A DNA stretch of 64,000 bases, taken from NCBI RefSeq assembly GCF_009914755.1, contig NC_060933.1. One strand, given 5' to 3'. This DNA is from the human T2T-CHM13v2.0 reference genome, Homo sapiens. Position numbers and translations under genes: made by a program. The notes under the pieces were generated by a model. It was not told the origin of the DNA. It worked only from the letters and a program-made list of their open reading frames with translations, and searched no databases. Below, piece after piece: positions 1-13,906 of the stretch (within the stretch, counting starts at the first letter, position 1; each line of letters opens with the position of its first letter).

Positions 1-294
1 ATCTGTGTAAACATATAAAACTATGCTCCTTACCTAATTTCAAAATTGTTTAATTTAAAAATGACAAGATGAATATGTACTTCTTGTAAACTATAAAGAG
101 ACATAAAAATATGACAGGAGTAGCATAATACTATAAGTACATGGTGCTTTAAAATCTATGTGTTTCATTTGTTAATCTGTTTTGGAATGTTTCTTTTGCT
201 CTTCAAATGTTTCTACAAACTCAGCATAGCTAACTGTGGTCCTTGAATATTTTATAGTGAGATGTTTGGTCTAACACTTGACAATGTGACTGAA

Positions 295-382
295 ACACAT
301 GTGCGAGTGTGTGTGTGCATGCATGTGTGTGTGCACATATATGTATGTGCACATGTACGTATGTAATATGTGTGAGTGTATG
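295..382. repeat. Degenerate (TG/CA/TA)n alternating purine-pyrimidine tract
   Basis: acacatgtgcgagtgtgtgtgtgcatgcatgtgtgtgtgcacatatatgtatgtgcac... Confidence 0.85.
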
Positions 383-814
383 TCCATCCCCTGACTCAGT
401 CTAGCTGAACCTCCAATAGAATACATATCCATGAGAACAAAAAATTTTCTAAAGATACTAAAATTATAAGGAGAAAAATATGGTCAAAATATGTTTACGG
501 CTAATCTGAAATTAGAGCTACCTGTTTAGAAAGAAACCTATTCCAACAGAGAAGTCTGGAGGAATGAGTTGATGATCTTTACATATCTTAATTCCCCCAT
601 GTGTTTTATAAGAAGAAAGCAAAACTTTGAGTATCAGTATTCACTTGTTAGGATCTGGGGAAATAAATGTGGTTATTTTTCTTATGCATAAATATATTAT
701 AATAAGGATGAAGAAGAATTCTTCCCATTGGGACCCTTTCTGTGTGGCCACTGGATTGTTAAGAGTAATGGTCAGCACAGTGTGACAGGGACAGAATAAT
801 GCAGAGGTCTGTGG

Positions 815-957
815 CACCGAATCAGATGTTGACACTGCCACTTATTAACCTTGTGACTGTGGCCAGGATAGCCCCTGCTTCTGGATCTGTTTCCTTGTCT
901 TAAAGTAGGAAGGAATGTTCTAGATGGCTTATGCTGTCATCCTACTTAAGATTCTAC
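815..957 (+). mobile_element. MIR/MIR3 SINE fragment
   Basis: Core-like ctgccacttattaaccttgtgactgtggcca...ctgtttccttgtcttaaagtagg. Confidence 0.6.
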
Positions 958-1874
958 TTGCCTCTGAGCCAGTGTTATGAAGAGAGTCCCTGGAACGCAC
1001 ACATTCAAAAGAATCTACCCCATGGCACCTAACATTCTGAGATTTCACAATTATTCCTGTGGACTAAGCTCTCATAATGCAGACACATATCTTTGAAGTT
1101 TAAATATACCAGGAATGTTAACATAGCACTGCCCATATGTCCATATGTATTTGTTGATGAGAGCCATTTCCTTTATGACAAAAAAAAGTGGCACAAATAT
1201 TGTGTGAGCACCAGTTTATCAGAGATTTGCAATAGGCTTCCCTCAAATATTCATATAGTTCCTAAAATCCTGAGGTTAAATTTCACTGACGTTCCATTCA
1301 GAGAGTTGGTTCTGATTCACTCCATGCAACTCCCAAACAATCATTCCCACTGAGCACTATGTGGTTTGAGTTTGAGAGGCCTCTGATGGAATAGCTGTCA
1401 GGGAATAGTGGGACCATGTAGGGCAGGGGTCAAGATGGGACAAGGTGAAGCTGCTGCTCAGATCTCATGAATTAGGGTGGCACTAAATCTGGAGATGTGA
1501 CACTTTACTAAACGATGAAGAGAGACCAGTACAACATGGGTCCTGAGCAATTATATTTGGATATTAATTACCTATAATATTTCACTATTAGAATTTAGGT
1601 TGTAAATTTCTTACTATTATAGTGTGACTCTGATTCATATGTGTGAATCACAGTAGGTTATAGAAATATATCACTGAAAGAAAACATAACAGAGCTGGTG
1701 AAAAGCTAACAACCGTAATCTGTAGACATACGTTGCCTACACAGAAAGGAAAAGTTTCTATTAATTTTCACATCATTAGTATTTAGCAGTTTCTAGCACT
1801 TAGTGTAGCTCAGTAACTCTGAAGGATTAAACTCCGTATTTAACATCATGGGAAAAAAATCTTCAAAATATATT

Positions 1875-2620
1875 TAAAATCTGACCACCTACATCACCTC
1901 CACTGCTACTACCCTGGGTTATGCCATCACAGTCTCTAGTCTTGTAGTAGCCACCCATAGTCCCTCTGATCATCACAGCAGCCTGAACGATCTTATTAAA
2001 ATAAAACTCAGATCATGCAGCTACCTCTTCCCAAGCCCCACTGTGGCTTCCCTTTCTGACTAAGGGAAAGCCGATAATCTACAAAGCCATACATAATATG
2101 GCTGCCAGTTTCTGCTCTGACTTCATCAGCAAATTTGCTCTACTTGCCCACTCTGTTGAAGCCACAAGTCTTCCCTGTGTTGCTGTCAAGTACACTAGGC
2201 CCATCTGCAACACGACTTACACCTGCTCTTCTCTTTACCTGGCATGTTCTTCTCTCAGATCACATCACGTCTCGCTCACCAACTTGGGGTCTTTATTCAT
2301 TCCACGGAGGCTTTCTCTGACTATTCATTTAGAATTACCATGTTCCCAACGTTCCTGATATACTTTGCCAACTTATTTATCCCCCACAGCAACTATTGCC
2401 TACCAACACTTGTATTTTGACTCATTTGCTTTTTTAAAGTTGTCTAGACTGCAAACAATAGACTGATTACAGTCTACTGAAGTAGACTGTAAACTCCATA
2501 AAAAGATGGTTTTTTGGTCCATTTTTACTGTTTTGAGGCTCTAGTGTCTAAAACAATGACTTACTCATGAAGGATACATGATAAATATATTTTCAATAAA
2601 TGGATCAACGGATGGAAAAA
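1875..2620 (+). mobile_element. L2 LINE 3' region
   Basis: cacctccactgctactaccctgg, tcagatcatg, ctagactg, and an ataaatat...aatggat tail typical of the L2 3' end. Confidence 0.8.
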
Positions 2621-2769
2621 GGGAAGAAACAGAAGAAATGAATGCTGAAGGACAACTAGTGCCTAGAAATAGGACTTTGAATTACTCCAAGAAAAGTAAG
2701 CTTTGCCTGGGAACATAAATTGAAATTCTTATTAGGCTTGTACCCTGCCAGGGCATGGGCAATTCACTG

Positions 2770-2860
2770 GAGTCAGAGGTTAAGCAACTTGCTTGGTATC
2801 ACTCAGTGATTTAGTGGCAGAGCCGGGCCTGGAGCCAAGTCACAGGCTCCTTTACCACCA
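2770..2860 (-). mobile_element. MIR core fragment
   Basis: gaggttaagcaacttgc...agtggcagagccggg matches the reverse MIR core. Confidence 0.7.
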
Positions 2861-4379
2861 CCCACCCATCCACCCCCTCAGGCACACAGACTTACTATGA
2901 ATAATCATTTGCCAGCTTCTAGAATTTTTTTTTTTTCCTCTGGATCATGACTTTGCATTTTAGAAGTAAGAAATTATGGAAATTCAAGTTATAGAGTTTA
3001 TGAATATAAAATAACAAGTAAAACAAAACCTTCTATGTATATTTTTATTCCTTTGCTCCTGATGACTAAAGGGACCTTTTGATGCCCCTTTCTATTAGTA
3101 ACCACATTCAATAGTGAGTTGACAAGGATGTTCAGCTACTACTGATCATGTGCCTGCAACTCTAAGGCATGACAGAGGATCAAAAAGAACTTTGTGGCAT
3201 GTTTCCTGCTGTTCTTATCTCATTGATGAACCAAAACTAATAATGAAAAACAAAAAAAAAAGAACAAAATATGAGGTACATGTGTTTATTACATTAATCT
3301 TGCAATGTATTTCTAGCATATAATAGTTTCTCAAAAATACTTTTAAGATGAATATTACTTAGAGGGAGGAATGGAATGGAGAGGGACTCTCTCTTCATGT
3401 TCTCTAGGGAATCAGGTGACAGGAAAAGTGAAAATAAAATATTTGTAGAACCATTGCTTATTAATAATGAAAAGAACTTTGGAGCTCCCCTCCTCTCCTG
3501 CCAGTGACTGGTTTAATATCACGCACCCTATGGGCAAACTGGGGTATGAAACAAATCATGTGATCTCAGTTTGGAACTAGTCCTCATTTCTTGCAATTTT
3601 TATACACTGAGCTGCGTTTATCTAAAAACCAATATTTAATGTCACATTCCAAAAAAAGACAGAATTCCAAAAAAAGATAGAAGAGAACTAAAATTTCAAG
3701 TGACATAACTATATATACCCAAGGTAAAGACATCAAACTGTAAAAAGGCAAGAAAATTAGGGCATATTAAGTGAGAAAGTGAGGATTTATACCCAGGTTG
3801 TTTGAGTTTAGGAACTATCCTTTTCTCATTAACTATATTGCCTCCAAACCTAGAATTTATAACCATCATGGATGTTGATATTTCAGTAGGAATAATTGGA
3901 TCATAAAACCTTAATAAAGGTGATCTTGAAAGGGTATGAAATAAGTTGGGGCGTTTCATCCTTTCAAGAAGTAACACTGCTTTGCTTCCATTCTGCACAT
4001 GAAGAAATTGAATTTCCCATTGTATAGAACTACAAAGGGTGGATGTGGATTTGAATTCAGTTCTATTTGACTACAAAGCCCCACCTCTACAAAGGACACT
4101 GGTTGCCTTGGAGAAGATACCCTGGGGAGTGGAGAGAACTATATAGAGTTCATGGAGGCTGGAATCACTAAAAGAACACTTCACAATTTGGTTGAGATTC
4201 TACTTTATTTTAAATAAGTATGAATGGAAATAGTGCCTTCCACAGTTAGGCAGACAACAGGAGTATCTAGCATGTACTAAGGTCTCAATATTTGTTCAAC
4301 TGAATTATAATAATGTAACAATTATATAACAATTATAACTATACATTACTCATACTAATATTATAACTAATTATAATAG

Positions 4380-5122
4380 TATTAGCAGTGGAAGAGATCC
4401 GAGTTACCCGGAGTTACCGGCGTCCAATCCGTACAGATCTGCAACAATCCTACAGCAATCTCAATTCCTGCCTCCTCAGAAGAAGGAATTGGACTGAGGG
4501 GCATGAGGCAGAAAAAGAGACCAAGGCAAGTTCCAGAGCAGGAGTGGAAGTTTATTTTGAAAAGACTTTAGAACGGGAAAGAAAGGAAAATTTGCTTGGA
4601 AGAAACCCAAGCCGTACGCCTGAAGGTCTGAGACAGGAGAAGACAGCAAAAAAAGTAAATAAATTAAAAAAATAAAAATAAAAAGGCGGGTGGGGGGAAC
4701 AGGGGTGGGGAACATTTAACCGTGATCCTAGAGTTTATAGGCTCGCCACTTCCCCTTGATTCTTCCCTTAAGGTGGGCTTTCCGCATGCGCAGTGCTTTC
4801 CTTACCCTTTGGAATTGAGCAGGAGCAGTGTGTTTAGGGAGTTACATACACGCTCATCTGAGGCATTTTTCCTTTTTCTGGTGGCGTGTGACCCGGAATG
4901 TCACACTTTGACATTTTGTCTCTTAACAGGCATCCCCAAGAAGCTGCTTCTCCCGGGGGCCTTCATTCAATTAACACTTGTAATGTTAACCGGTGTGGAC
5001 AATCAGGAGCTTGTCTCTCCCTGGCTGCCGAATTATCATTTTTAGAGAGGCAATGCGATAATTACTGAACCATCACCCGAAAGCCCCGTCTTGCCCCGGC
5101 GCACGCCTATCTACCCGGAACA
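4380..5122 (-). mobile_element. ERV1 solo LTR, MER50-like
   Basis: gagttaccggcg...cctcctcagaagaaggaatt...gcaggagtggaagtttatt resembles the reverse MER50 U5/R; ends ...ctacccggaaca; degenerate 4-bp TSD atag/atat. Confidence 0.8.
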
Positions 5123-6260
5123 ATATTAAATCACTTTCACAGGACCTCAGAGCAGTATATCCAGAACCTAAAATTATACTATTAATGTTATTTATTTGCA
5201 TATTTGTCTCTCTTACTAAACTTGAAGACTCATGAGGGCAAAGAGAACGTAATATTTCTCCCTACATCAGGTGCTACTATAAACATTCATGTAGTAAACA
5301 GTCGAGAAACAAATGAGTTTGTTTCTATGAGATATTCAGGGTAAATATTATTTTTAGAAAAAGGAGGCTCTGAGTGATTACTTTTCTGCCAAACTAGCAA
5401 GTGGTGAAATCGGTATTTGAATTAGAATTTTCATTAATTAATTCAATCTTACATTATTTATATTCTACGTTTCAGTAGATGTTATATTACCTCTCCAATA
5501 GAAATGTGAACATTTTTCTCTCTTCTTTTTTTACCTGAGCATTCCTACTTCCAGTCACCTGGGAAATTTTTTAAAAATATGCCTGGACATTGTAAGTCAT
5601 TTAATGCCTTCTCTGTCTCCTTTCCAAGTCTCTCAGGTCAAAGATTTTGCAAAGCCCCTATAATTGTCAGATAAATAAAATCACATTGCTCATAATTACC
5701 AGGGACAATTCTGTGTAATTAGATGTTAACTCTAGTATCCCCTCTCCTTTATGACTCTGAATAAATACCTGTTCCTGTCTCAGTCTGGGAAAAAGCTTGG
5801 TGGAAAATGTAAATGCTTTGTTGCTCTCCGTGTAATTAACTACCATTAAAAGCCACTAATTAGATCATAAGTTTTAAATAAGTTGCCCTAATTACCTTTG
5901 GTACATGGTGTATTGAGTCAGGAGGCCAAGTCCCTCAGAGCCAAGAAAACTTGGCTGTGTCACTAAGAGAATTAACAGGGCTATTGGGTTCCTTTTTCCC
6001 CCATTTATAAATGGGAAAATGAGAACATAGGGAATGGGATGGATACAGGCAGAGGTAAAGATTGTGGGTAAAATATGTATGCCTGGGCAAAGCCAATCAG
6101 GGAATATCTCATATTGTCTCTCCGGAAAATTTCTTATTAGCATGCAAGATGGAATGACAACAAAGATTGTTATAGGACAGAGCCCACCACCTCCTAACTA
6201 CCTATGTGTGTTGAAAGAAAGGCTGAATAAATGGGTGAATGAAAAACTGGATTCGAGGCA

Positions 6261-6480
6261 ACATGGCTTGATAGTTAAGAACCTCAATTTTGAAATAAAA
6301 ACAATTTATAGGTTTGATTTTTTTCTCAGATAATAGCTGAGTTTGAGAAACTCCATGAAACTGTTTTCTCATTTGTAATGAGAGATAATGACTACTAACA
6401 CCCGGTTTGTGATGATTTAAAGACAATGCAAGACTAGTATTTCCACATAGTAAGCTCTCAATAAATGTTAGCAGTGATAA
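6261..6480 (+). mobile_element. MIR
   Basis: ctgttttctcatttgtaatg...cacatagtaagctctcaataaatgttagc. Confidence 0.75.
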
Positions 6481-6934
6481 TGATGATGTGGGTAATGATG
6501 AGGATGGTGATACAAAAGGTGCAGTTTAGAAGTTCTCAAATGAGCCTCATTGCTGAAGATATCACGAGCTCCTTTTTGTTGCTGTTGTTTTTGTTTGCGT
6601 TTTTTGGTTCCATCACACCATTAGACCACCGCTAACAAATTGATACCAGAACATTTGCTAGGCCCTTGGTTAATGCTGGAGCAATTAAAAAAGAAAATGC
6701 AGTTCTTACTTTAAGAAGTAAACATTCTGGTAAGGCTATTGATGTGAAAAAATAACACCATTTGTGAGACAACAGTAGCCTTTACAAGGCATTGTGTGAA
6801 AAGAAGCCCAGGAAAACATCATGAATAGGTAACATCAATGATCCATTTATTGAATCATTCCCATCTTAAAGTATTTAATATATGGTCATTGTTGCAAGGA
6901 GCTATAACAAGATAATGATAATAATGGTAAGAGC

Positions 6935-7157
6935 AATAGCTAACATTATTTGAGCATATATTATGTGCCAGAATCTGTTCTAAATGATTTATGAATATTA
7001 ACTAATCATCAGAAGAAACCTGCAAGTAGAAACAGTGAAATGGAGGTTCATAGTGATTTCATTAGTTGCCACCATTAACCTGTGAAAGTCTGCAAATGGT
7101 AAAGTCAACATTCAAATACGACATCTAGTTACAAAACTGGAGTTCTTAAACCATACA
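6935..7157 (-). mobile_element. MIR
   Basis: aatagctaacattatttgagcatatattatgtgccag is the reverse MIR 3' end. Confidence 0.75.
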
Positions 7158-7879
7158 CAAGACTGTCATGATTGTGAAGGGAAATAATTGGGGTTTCATT
7201 CACTTTGAACTGAAAATTATGAAAGCTAAGTATTCTATTAGTATTTCCCATTCACTTTCCCTGGGCATCAGCTTCTTCATCCTGTGAGACTCAGGGAAGG
7301 ACTAGATGGCCTCTTGGGACCCTGTACGTGTTTCTGTTTGATGTTTTCTTATATCACTAAGAATCTGGGTAAGCCAAACCTTCTCATGCATACTAGTCTC
7401 CATAGAGCCAAGGCCAAGCTTCCACTTGACATAGAGCCAAATACAAACATTTGTCTTGTGTCTCTGCCTCTCTATTTCCAAAAGAGAGTACCACTCTGCT
7501 CTATTAGCATGTTGTATGACAACGGCTGTCTCTGCTTTGGCTCCTCATGACTGCTCAATATGAATATTCAATAGAAATTAGGTAGACATTCTGACACCAC
7601 ATTTACATTTCCCATGGGAAACAATTCAATTTACCCAGATGGGGTCAGATATCCATTTGTAGACCAATGATATTTATGTCGTGTAATTCTCTCTCCTTGA
7701 TTGCAAACTTCAAGTTCCTTGCTTCTAATAAGTAGCCTCATGGCCAGGTATTACAGCACAGCTGTGCATGACCAATTTTGCAGGAGCTATAGGTGTAGGT
7801 TCTCTGCAAAGGGAACCTAGGAAAGATGGGAAATGTTCTAGCATGTCAGTTCTTAAACCTAGTTACGTATCTGAATGTG

Positions 7880-8230
7880 TTTACTCAGTTATTCAACATA
7901 TATATAATGAGCATGTATTATAAGTAAGGCAATAAGCTGAGTGCCTGTAATTTATAGATAAAGGACACAGTTCCTATTTTCAGTATATAATTAGAGTATA
8001 TTGTGATAAGTTCTGATAGGCTTATGCCCAAGTTTCTAGTATAAGAAGTGTTGAAAACTTGCTCTAATCAAGATGAGGCATGGCCAAAAATGGTTTTATG
8101 AAAGAGATGGATGCTAAGCTAATCCTAAAATTGATAATGATAACCACTATGCAGAGCAAGCTGTAGGAAAGAAATTTCAGGCAGAGAGAGGAGCACTTGC
8201 AAAAGATATTAGTGGATGATCATTTTTGGA
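7880..8230 (-). mobile_element. L2 3' fragment
   Basis: ttattcaacatatatataatgagc...tttcaggcagagaggagagcacttgcaaaag. Confidence 0.6.
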
Positions 8231-9207
8231 AACATTGGCATAAACTAGTAAGAACATCAGAAATTTTTGAAATAGAGTCCAGTATCAGCCTTTTATGATA
8301 CAGATAGCTATTAAATTCTTAGTGTTCTGCTTAAAACTGAGTGGGAAGGAAATTAGCTTTGTCCTTGGTATGTAAGTTAAGGGGAGGAATTCTGACATGA
8401 GAAGGAGCGTTTTGGATTTCTCCATTTCTTTTTGGTTTACTGTGAGATACAAAATTGCTTAAAATTTTAAATATAAGAAGACATACATAATTTACAATAA
8501 TGGAATGTTAAAGCAACTAAAAGGTTATTTGTTGAAATTAAAAAACGTCCGTTTTGGAGAAAATATTCATTTCTGTCCAGAGATTATTTTTGTCCACCAT
8601 GAGGCAGTGAGGTGTTTTCTATTTCCCCATTTTTTCCTTCCCTTAGGGACTTGGAGCAAAACAATGGGGATATTTGTAATGATCTATCTGTCTCTGTATT
8701 CTTTCTGAGGTCTGAATGACAAGTCAAGCAGAGAAATTGAATTTTTCACTTCTCTAAACACTTTTGGCCCCTAGGAACACTGGAAAAGGTCAAGAATTTT
8801 GCAACACATTCTTCCCTAGGCTACAGGATCAAAACTTCTTTTTTAAAAGGTTGTCCAAGGCCCAATGAGATAGTCAGGTGTGATGGAGAATATAAACAGC
8901 ATTTGTGTCCTCTGTGGTAGCGCGTCCTCCCCTTGGGAGGTTTACTTTGAAGACAGTTTCTCTAGAGAGATTTGTTGCTTTCATTAGAGCAACTTTAGAA
9001 GAAAAAAAAACATAAACTGGGAAATGTGTGGGTGAAGATTCTTGCTTTTCATGCCCTCCCCTTTTATTTTCTATTTTTACTTTGCTCTCTTCTTTCCCTT
9101 TTTTCTTTTCTTTCTGTTATTTCTCTCTACTAGCTGCTTTTATCTTTTTTCTTAAATTTTTAAAACAACCTCATTGTCAACTTTTTTTATTTTGCTTTGT
9201 TAACCCG

Positions 9208-9749
9208 TGTGATAAGTATCCTCTAAACTGGCTCAAAATGATCCTCTCCTCTGATATTCATGCCCTTTGTAATTTTCTCCCTTCGATTTGTAAGTTGGAC
9301 ACACTGTCTTGCTACTAATAAGCAGAGGATGATAAAAGTTACAGGATGTCACTTCCAAGATGAAGTTAGAAAAATTATATGAATTTTATCTTGCTTGTCC
9401 TCCTTTTGCTCTCACTTTCACGGTCCTCCCTCTGCCTATGAAGAGGCCCATGTGGCAAGAATTTGATGTTTTCAAACAATAGCCACTGAGAATCTGAGGC
9501 TATTCAGAGTCCATAGCCTTCCAATCACCATGAGAGTGAACTTGGAAGAGGATCCTTCTCCAGTCGAGTCCTCAGATGACAGTCAGCTTGATTAGCATAT
9601 TAATTGCAGCCCAAGTAAAGATCTTGTGGCAGGGGACCCAGCTAAGTGCCCCTGATTTTATGACCCACAGAAACTATGAGATAATGTGTGTTGTTTTAGG
9701 TCACTACATTCTGGGGTAGTGTGTCATGTAGCAATAGATAATTAATGCA
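9208..9749 (+). mobile_element. MaLR solo LTR, MLT1F-like
   Basis: TG...CA ends; gatcctctcctctgatattcatgccc, gaggcccatgtggcaag, gacccacagaaactatgagataat, gcaatagataattaatgca; degenerate TSD acccg/accta. Confidence 0.8.
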
Positions 9750-10931
9750 ACCTATGATGTTTCATGTTTCTCCTCTTCATTAACTCTTTCATTTGAACCT
9801 CTTTCAATTCCTCTTTTGTCTCTGTCATAGTTCTGGGGTGCACTAATTTCAAATTGTGTGTGACGTTTAAAACTATAGAATGCTTTGCTCTCAGTAACCA
9901 TCAAACCAAATCACGTATTTGCAAACATCACCTGCATAATGGAAAGGTCAGCACCCTGGTCTTCCTTTAATTGTACTGTTTGGTAAATATTCATGTTTCA
10001 TTTCATTAAATCTCTTTTCAGTGGGCAGCTACTATCTTTAATACATTGTACCAGCTGCCATATGGAATAGGAAAATGAATGAGGCACATCTCCTGCCATC
10101 AATAATATTATCATTTGGAATAAAATGATCATTTGGAATAAAATTAAAAAGTAGAAAATAAAACATCTCACAAAAGGGATTTTCTTAGGAATCCTTGTGT
10201 GTAAACAAGTGGGAGAGATCACTTTCTTTCAGGAGGATTGGGAATGGCTCTATGAAGGGAGAACTTTATGCTGAATCCTGAAAGACGTGCTAGATTTGTG
10301 TATGTTTATTCATTTTTCTGTGCACTTCCCTTCCACTTGACAACTCATTTCTCTTACATCGCTCATACTATCAACTCCTACTTACGACACAAGGAGGACA
10401 AAGAGCCACCCTCCACAATCTTTCTGGTGGTTGATTATTTACCTTTTCAATTCTTCCCCAGCCTTGACTAACTTTGTCTATTCAAGCATTTCTCAAATAA
10501 CTACTTATTTGACTCTTTTCCTAATCAAGGAGAAAAATACAATTCAAGGTGAACGGGACAATTTACTCTGTGTTGGTCTTTACGCTAGTATAGCTCAGAT
10601 GGAAGAGGTCAGAATGGGACCAGAAAACGTAGAATAATACAGTGTTAGAATATTTTAAAGGTTATTTTTTGGAAAATAAAAAGGACCATTCATTGGAAAA
10701 GAGATTTTTTTTAAATAGATCACCCATTATTTATGTGCCACATGGGACAGCAGGGTGATCTCCATTTCGCATTTTTTTCTTTCCATGAAGATTTGGAGCA
10801 CAACTGTAGAGACATGTGAAATGTTTCATGCATTACTGTGCTCAGTTCTGAATCTTCACTGAACTTTGTAATACACTTTTTTTTTTTATTAGGGAATGGA
10901 AACAAGGGACTTGAGTTTTATCTAGAAAATA

Positions 10932-11251
<320 letters not shown>

Positions 11252-11549
11252 AGAAAATAAACATATTTATAGAGATCAAAAAAGTAAATAATTTAGGATG
11301 CTTAGCTTTGACTTTCCAAATTGCATTTTTTTATGAGACATGCAAGATCTAAATATCTAAATTTGATTCATGTCATTGCCATAAACTTTTAAGTAACCTT
11401 GATCAAATTACTGAAAAGATATTTTAATTTTTAATATTTAACTGTGAAAAAATTTTGGGAAGCTGAAGCCTGAAACATAATCATGTCAATGACACAGTAA
11501 TTTACATCCCTGAAAAGTTATCATAATAAATCATTCAAAATAAAGGGAT

Positions 11550-11760
11550 ATGTTGGAAACACCCTAAATAATCAACAATAGGAAAATGGGATTCCATGAT
11601 ATGGCAGATTGACCCAATGGATTCTTAAGCAGCCATTAAAATAATAATTAGGAAGATGAAATCATAAATGTGGAAATATTTATAATGTGATACAAACAAA
11701 AGGAAGAAAATGCTAAATTACATGTAAAACATAATTATAATTATGTAATTCACATTTGAA
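11550..11760 (+). mobile_element. Old L1M (L1ME-like) 3' fragment
   Basis: ttggaaacaccctaaataatcaacaataggaaaatgg...gcagccattaaa. Confidence 0.6.
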
Positions 11761-11815
11761 CAAGAAGATAAAATCACCTGCTATATTAGAATGTATGTTT
11801 TTTGAAATTTTAATG

Positions 11816-12009
11816 CAAGTTTTTCTCAAATAGAGCCAGATTATTTCTTTGGTAGGGGCAAGGGGCATCTTGCCTGTTATAGAATGTTTGCTGGCTTCTA
11901 TATTCTAGACTCCAGTAACACTTCCCCAGTTGTGACAAACAAAAATATTCCCAGACTGTGCCAAATATCCCCTGGGAGAGGAAAAATTACCTCCAGTTGA
12001 GAACCACTG
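11816..12009 (-). mobile_element. MER20 (hAT-Charlie MITE)
   Basis: cagttgtgacaaacaaaaat...gccaaatatcccctggg...cagttgagaaccactg terminal inverted repeat. Confidence 0.85.
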
Positions 12010-12559
12010 TTGTAGTAAAATGCTTTCATTATTTTTCCAACATTATTTTAAAAAGAAAGAACGCCTATAAATAAAAGTGAAAATAATCTTTACCCTTGAC
12101 CTAAAGTTCTCTTCAGCAACTTACTCAGAGAATAGTTTAAATAAGCAATGTTCTGCTTATATCAGACAAGGGAGTAAAGCCTTAATGCGTGTTGACCTGC
12201 TTGAAGATGTCAGCAAACCCTACCATTCCTCTGAGCACTTGCAAAATGGGGGAAAGAAATCAGTGCATGTTATGTAAGAATATCTTCTACTGACAGTGCA
12301 GAGTATTTTTATCCTGGTGAAAGTTGCCTCTGGGCTCTGAAACCCTCTGTCAGGGAGTAAAGAAAACTAATTGCAGTGAAAATATCTTTTTAGGCAACCT
12401 GCCCGTCACCAAATTCTATATGTAGGGGAAATGCACACTTCCTTTAGAAGATGTTTCAATGGAAGCCAAACCTCAGCGTTCTTTTTAGGGCTGGGGAAAC
12501 TTCTACATAGTGTAGAAACTTTAGTACAATTCAGAAAATATTAAAATTTCAAGGAGCCA

Positions 12560-12690
12560 TGGTACTCAATCACCTGGCTTGACCCCTTATTTTATATTCA
12601 GGGAAACCGGAAACCAGAAAAGTTAAGTCACTTGCCAGTTCAACACACCTAATTATTTGCACAGCATACAATTAAGCCAGGTCTTCCTAA
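12560..12690 (-). mobile_element. MIR fragment
   Basis: gggaaaccggaaaccagaaaagttaagtcacttgcc. Confidence 0.6.
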
Positions 12691-13429
12691 AGTTTTTTAT
12701 CCTTCAGGCACACTTTGTCCTTAAAGGGACATTTCCTATCCCTGCAATTGTATATCACTGAAAAATAATTTATTTATTTTAGATAACTACATCTTCCACC
12801 TTGCTTGACAGATGAGTTGGTCTTAAAATATATGGTAAAATTCAAACATTTAGTGAATAAACATTTATAGCGTGCTATGTGCCCAGCACTGTGCTTCAGA
12901 GTCAATTTGTAATATTAGAATAAATATGTAATACACATTTTCTGTTATTGTCCTAGCTCCACACATTCTGCTAGACATGCAAACACATTCAATCAATGCT
13001 GACTAGGGAGCCAGAAGAGTTAGCTTGGATCTAGATTTTTGAGGCTCTGTAACTGTACTCCTTAGAACAATTCCTCCATTCTTCTGCTTCAGCTCAGCTT
13101 TCCAGCTTTTCACGTTACCATGAGCCAACATACGTGTTAACGCATATGCAATAACCCTGTTACAAAAGAATTGTGATAACTGCCCATGGAAATCAGGCTT
13201 CTGGATTTGTCCTGCCACTTTGGTCTTTCCATGACGCCTTTGGGATGGACAAATCTCTGGATCTGGGATTTTTCTGGAAAATGATTTGCTGGAATGCCAA
13301 ATAGGGATCAAAATGCTCTCTCATTGGAAACACATGAGGAAAAAAATAGAAACAGGAAAGAAACGAGCAAACAACAAGTGGCATCCATGGACCCTTAGCA
13401 TTTTCTCTACACTGGGGTAGTGAAAGCTT

Positions 13430-13630
13430 CACTGGGTGGAGAATCAGGAGACTGATTATAGGTCTGGTTCTATGACTGTTGCAAAACTGTTAACCTCTAA
13501 GTATTCCCAGTTTCCTCATCTGTTTAATAGGAATAGGATTACTGTGCCCAGTAGCCAATGTGCAAGAGAAGAGGTGGTGACTAAGATAATAAGATGTACT
13601 ATTTGTTGAAATGAGTGGCCATAAGAACTT
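13430..13630 (+). mobile_element. MIR fragment
   Basis: ttaacctctaagtattcccagtttcctcatctgtttaataggaata. Confidence 0.65.
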
Positions 13631-13906
13631 TGCAAGCCGAGAATATTTAAAGGAAAGATTTCAATATATATGTTATTCAGACAATGAGCATCTATTTTAT
13701 TTTTCTTTAAGGTAGACAGATACAACCAAATCAAATAAGTTTTTTTTTTTTTGTCTGCATAGCGAGGACATTATGATGTGTACATTTAACTCAATGAGGC
13801 CTAGATGAATAGTGTCTTATTCCAATCAGATCATACAAATTAATGTTTAGGGATGTGGAAAATAACTGGATTGGAGAAAGAAAATGAACAAAATTTGAGT
13901 CAATAG

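Noticed and set aside
3646-3681. Short tandem duplications (18 bp here; also 10110-10144 and 49642-49676)
   Set aside because: Ordinary slippage-type duplications.
3696-3998. 100-aa minus-strand ORF in unique sequence
   Set aside because: Non-ATG start, no motif, no convincing splice context; compatible with chance.
12500-12520. 7-8 bp stem hairpins (also near 1631-1650 and 17339-17356)
   Set aside because: Expected by chance in 64 kb of AT-rich DNA.
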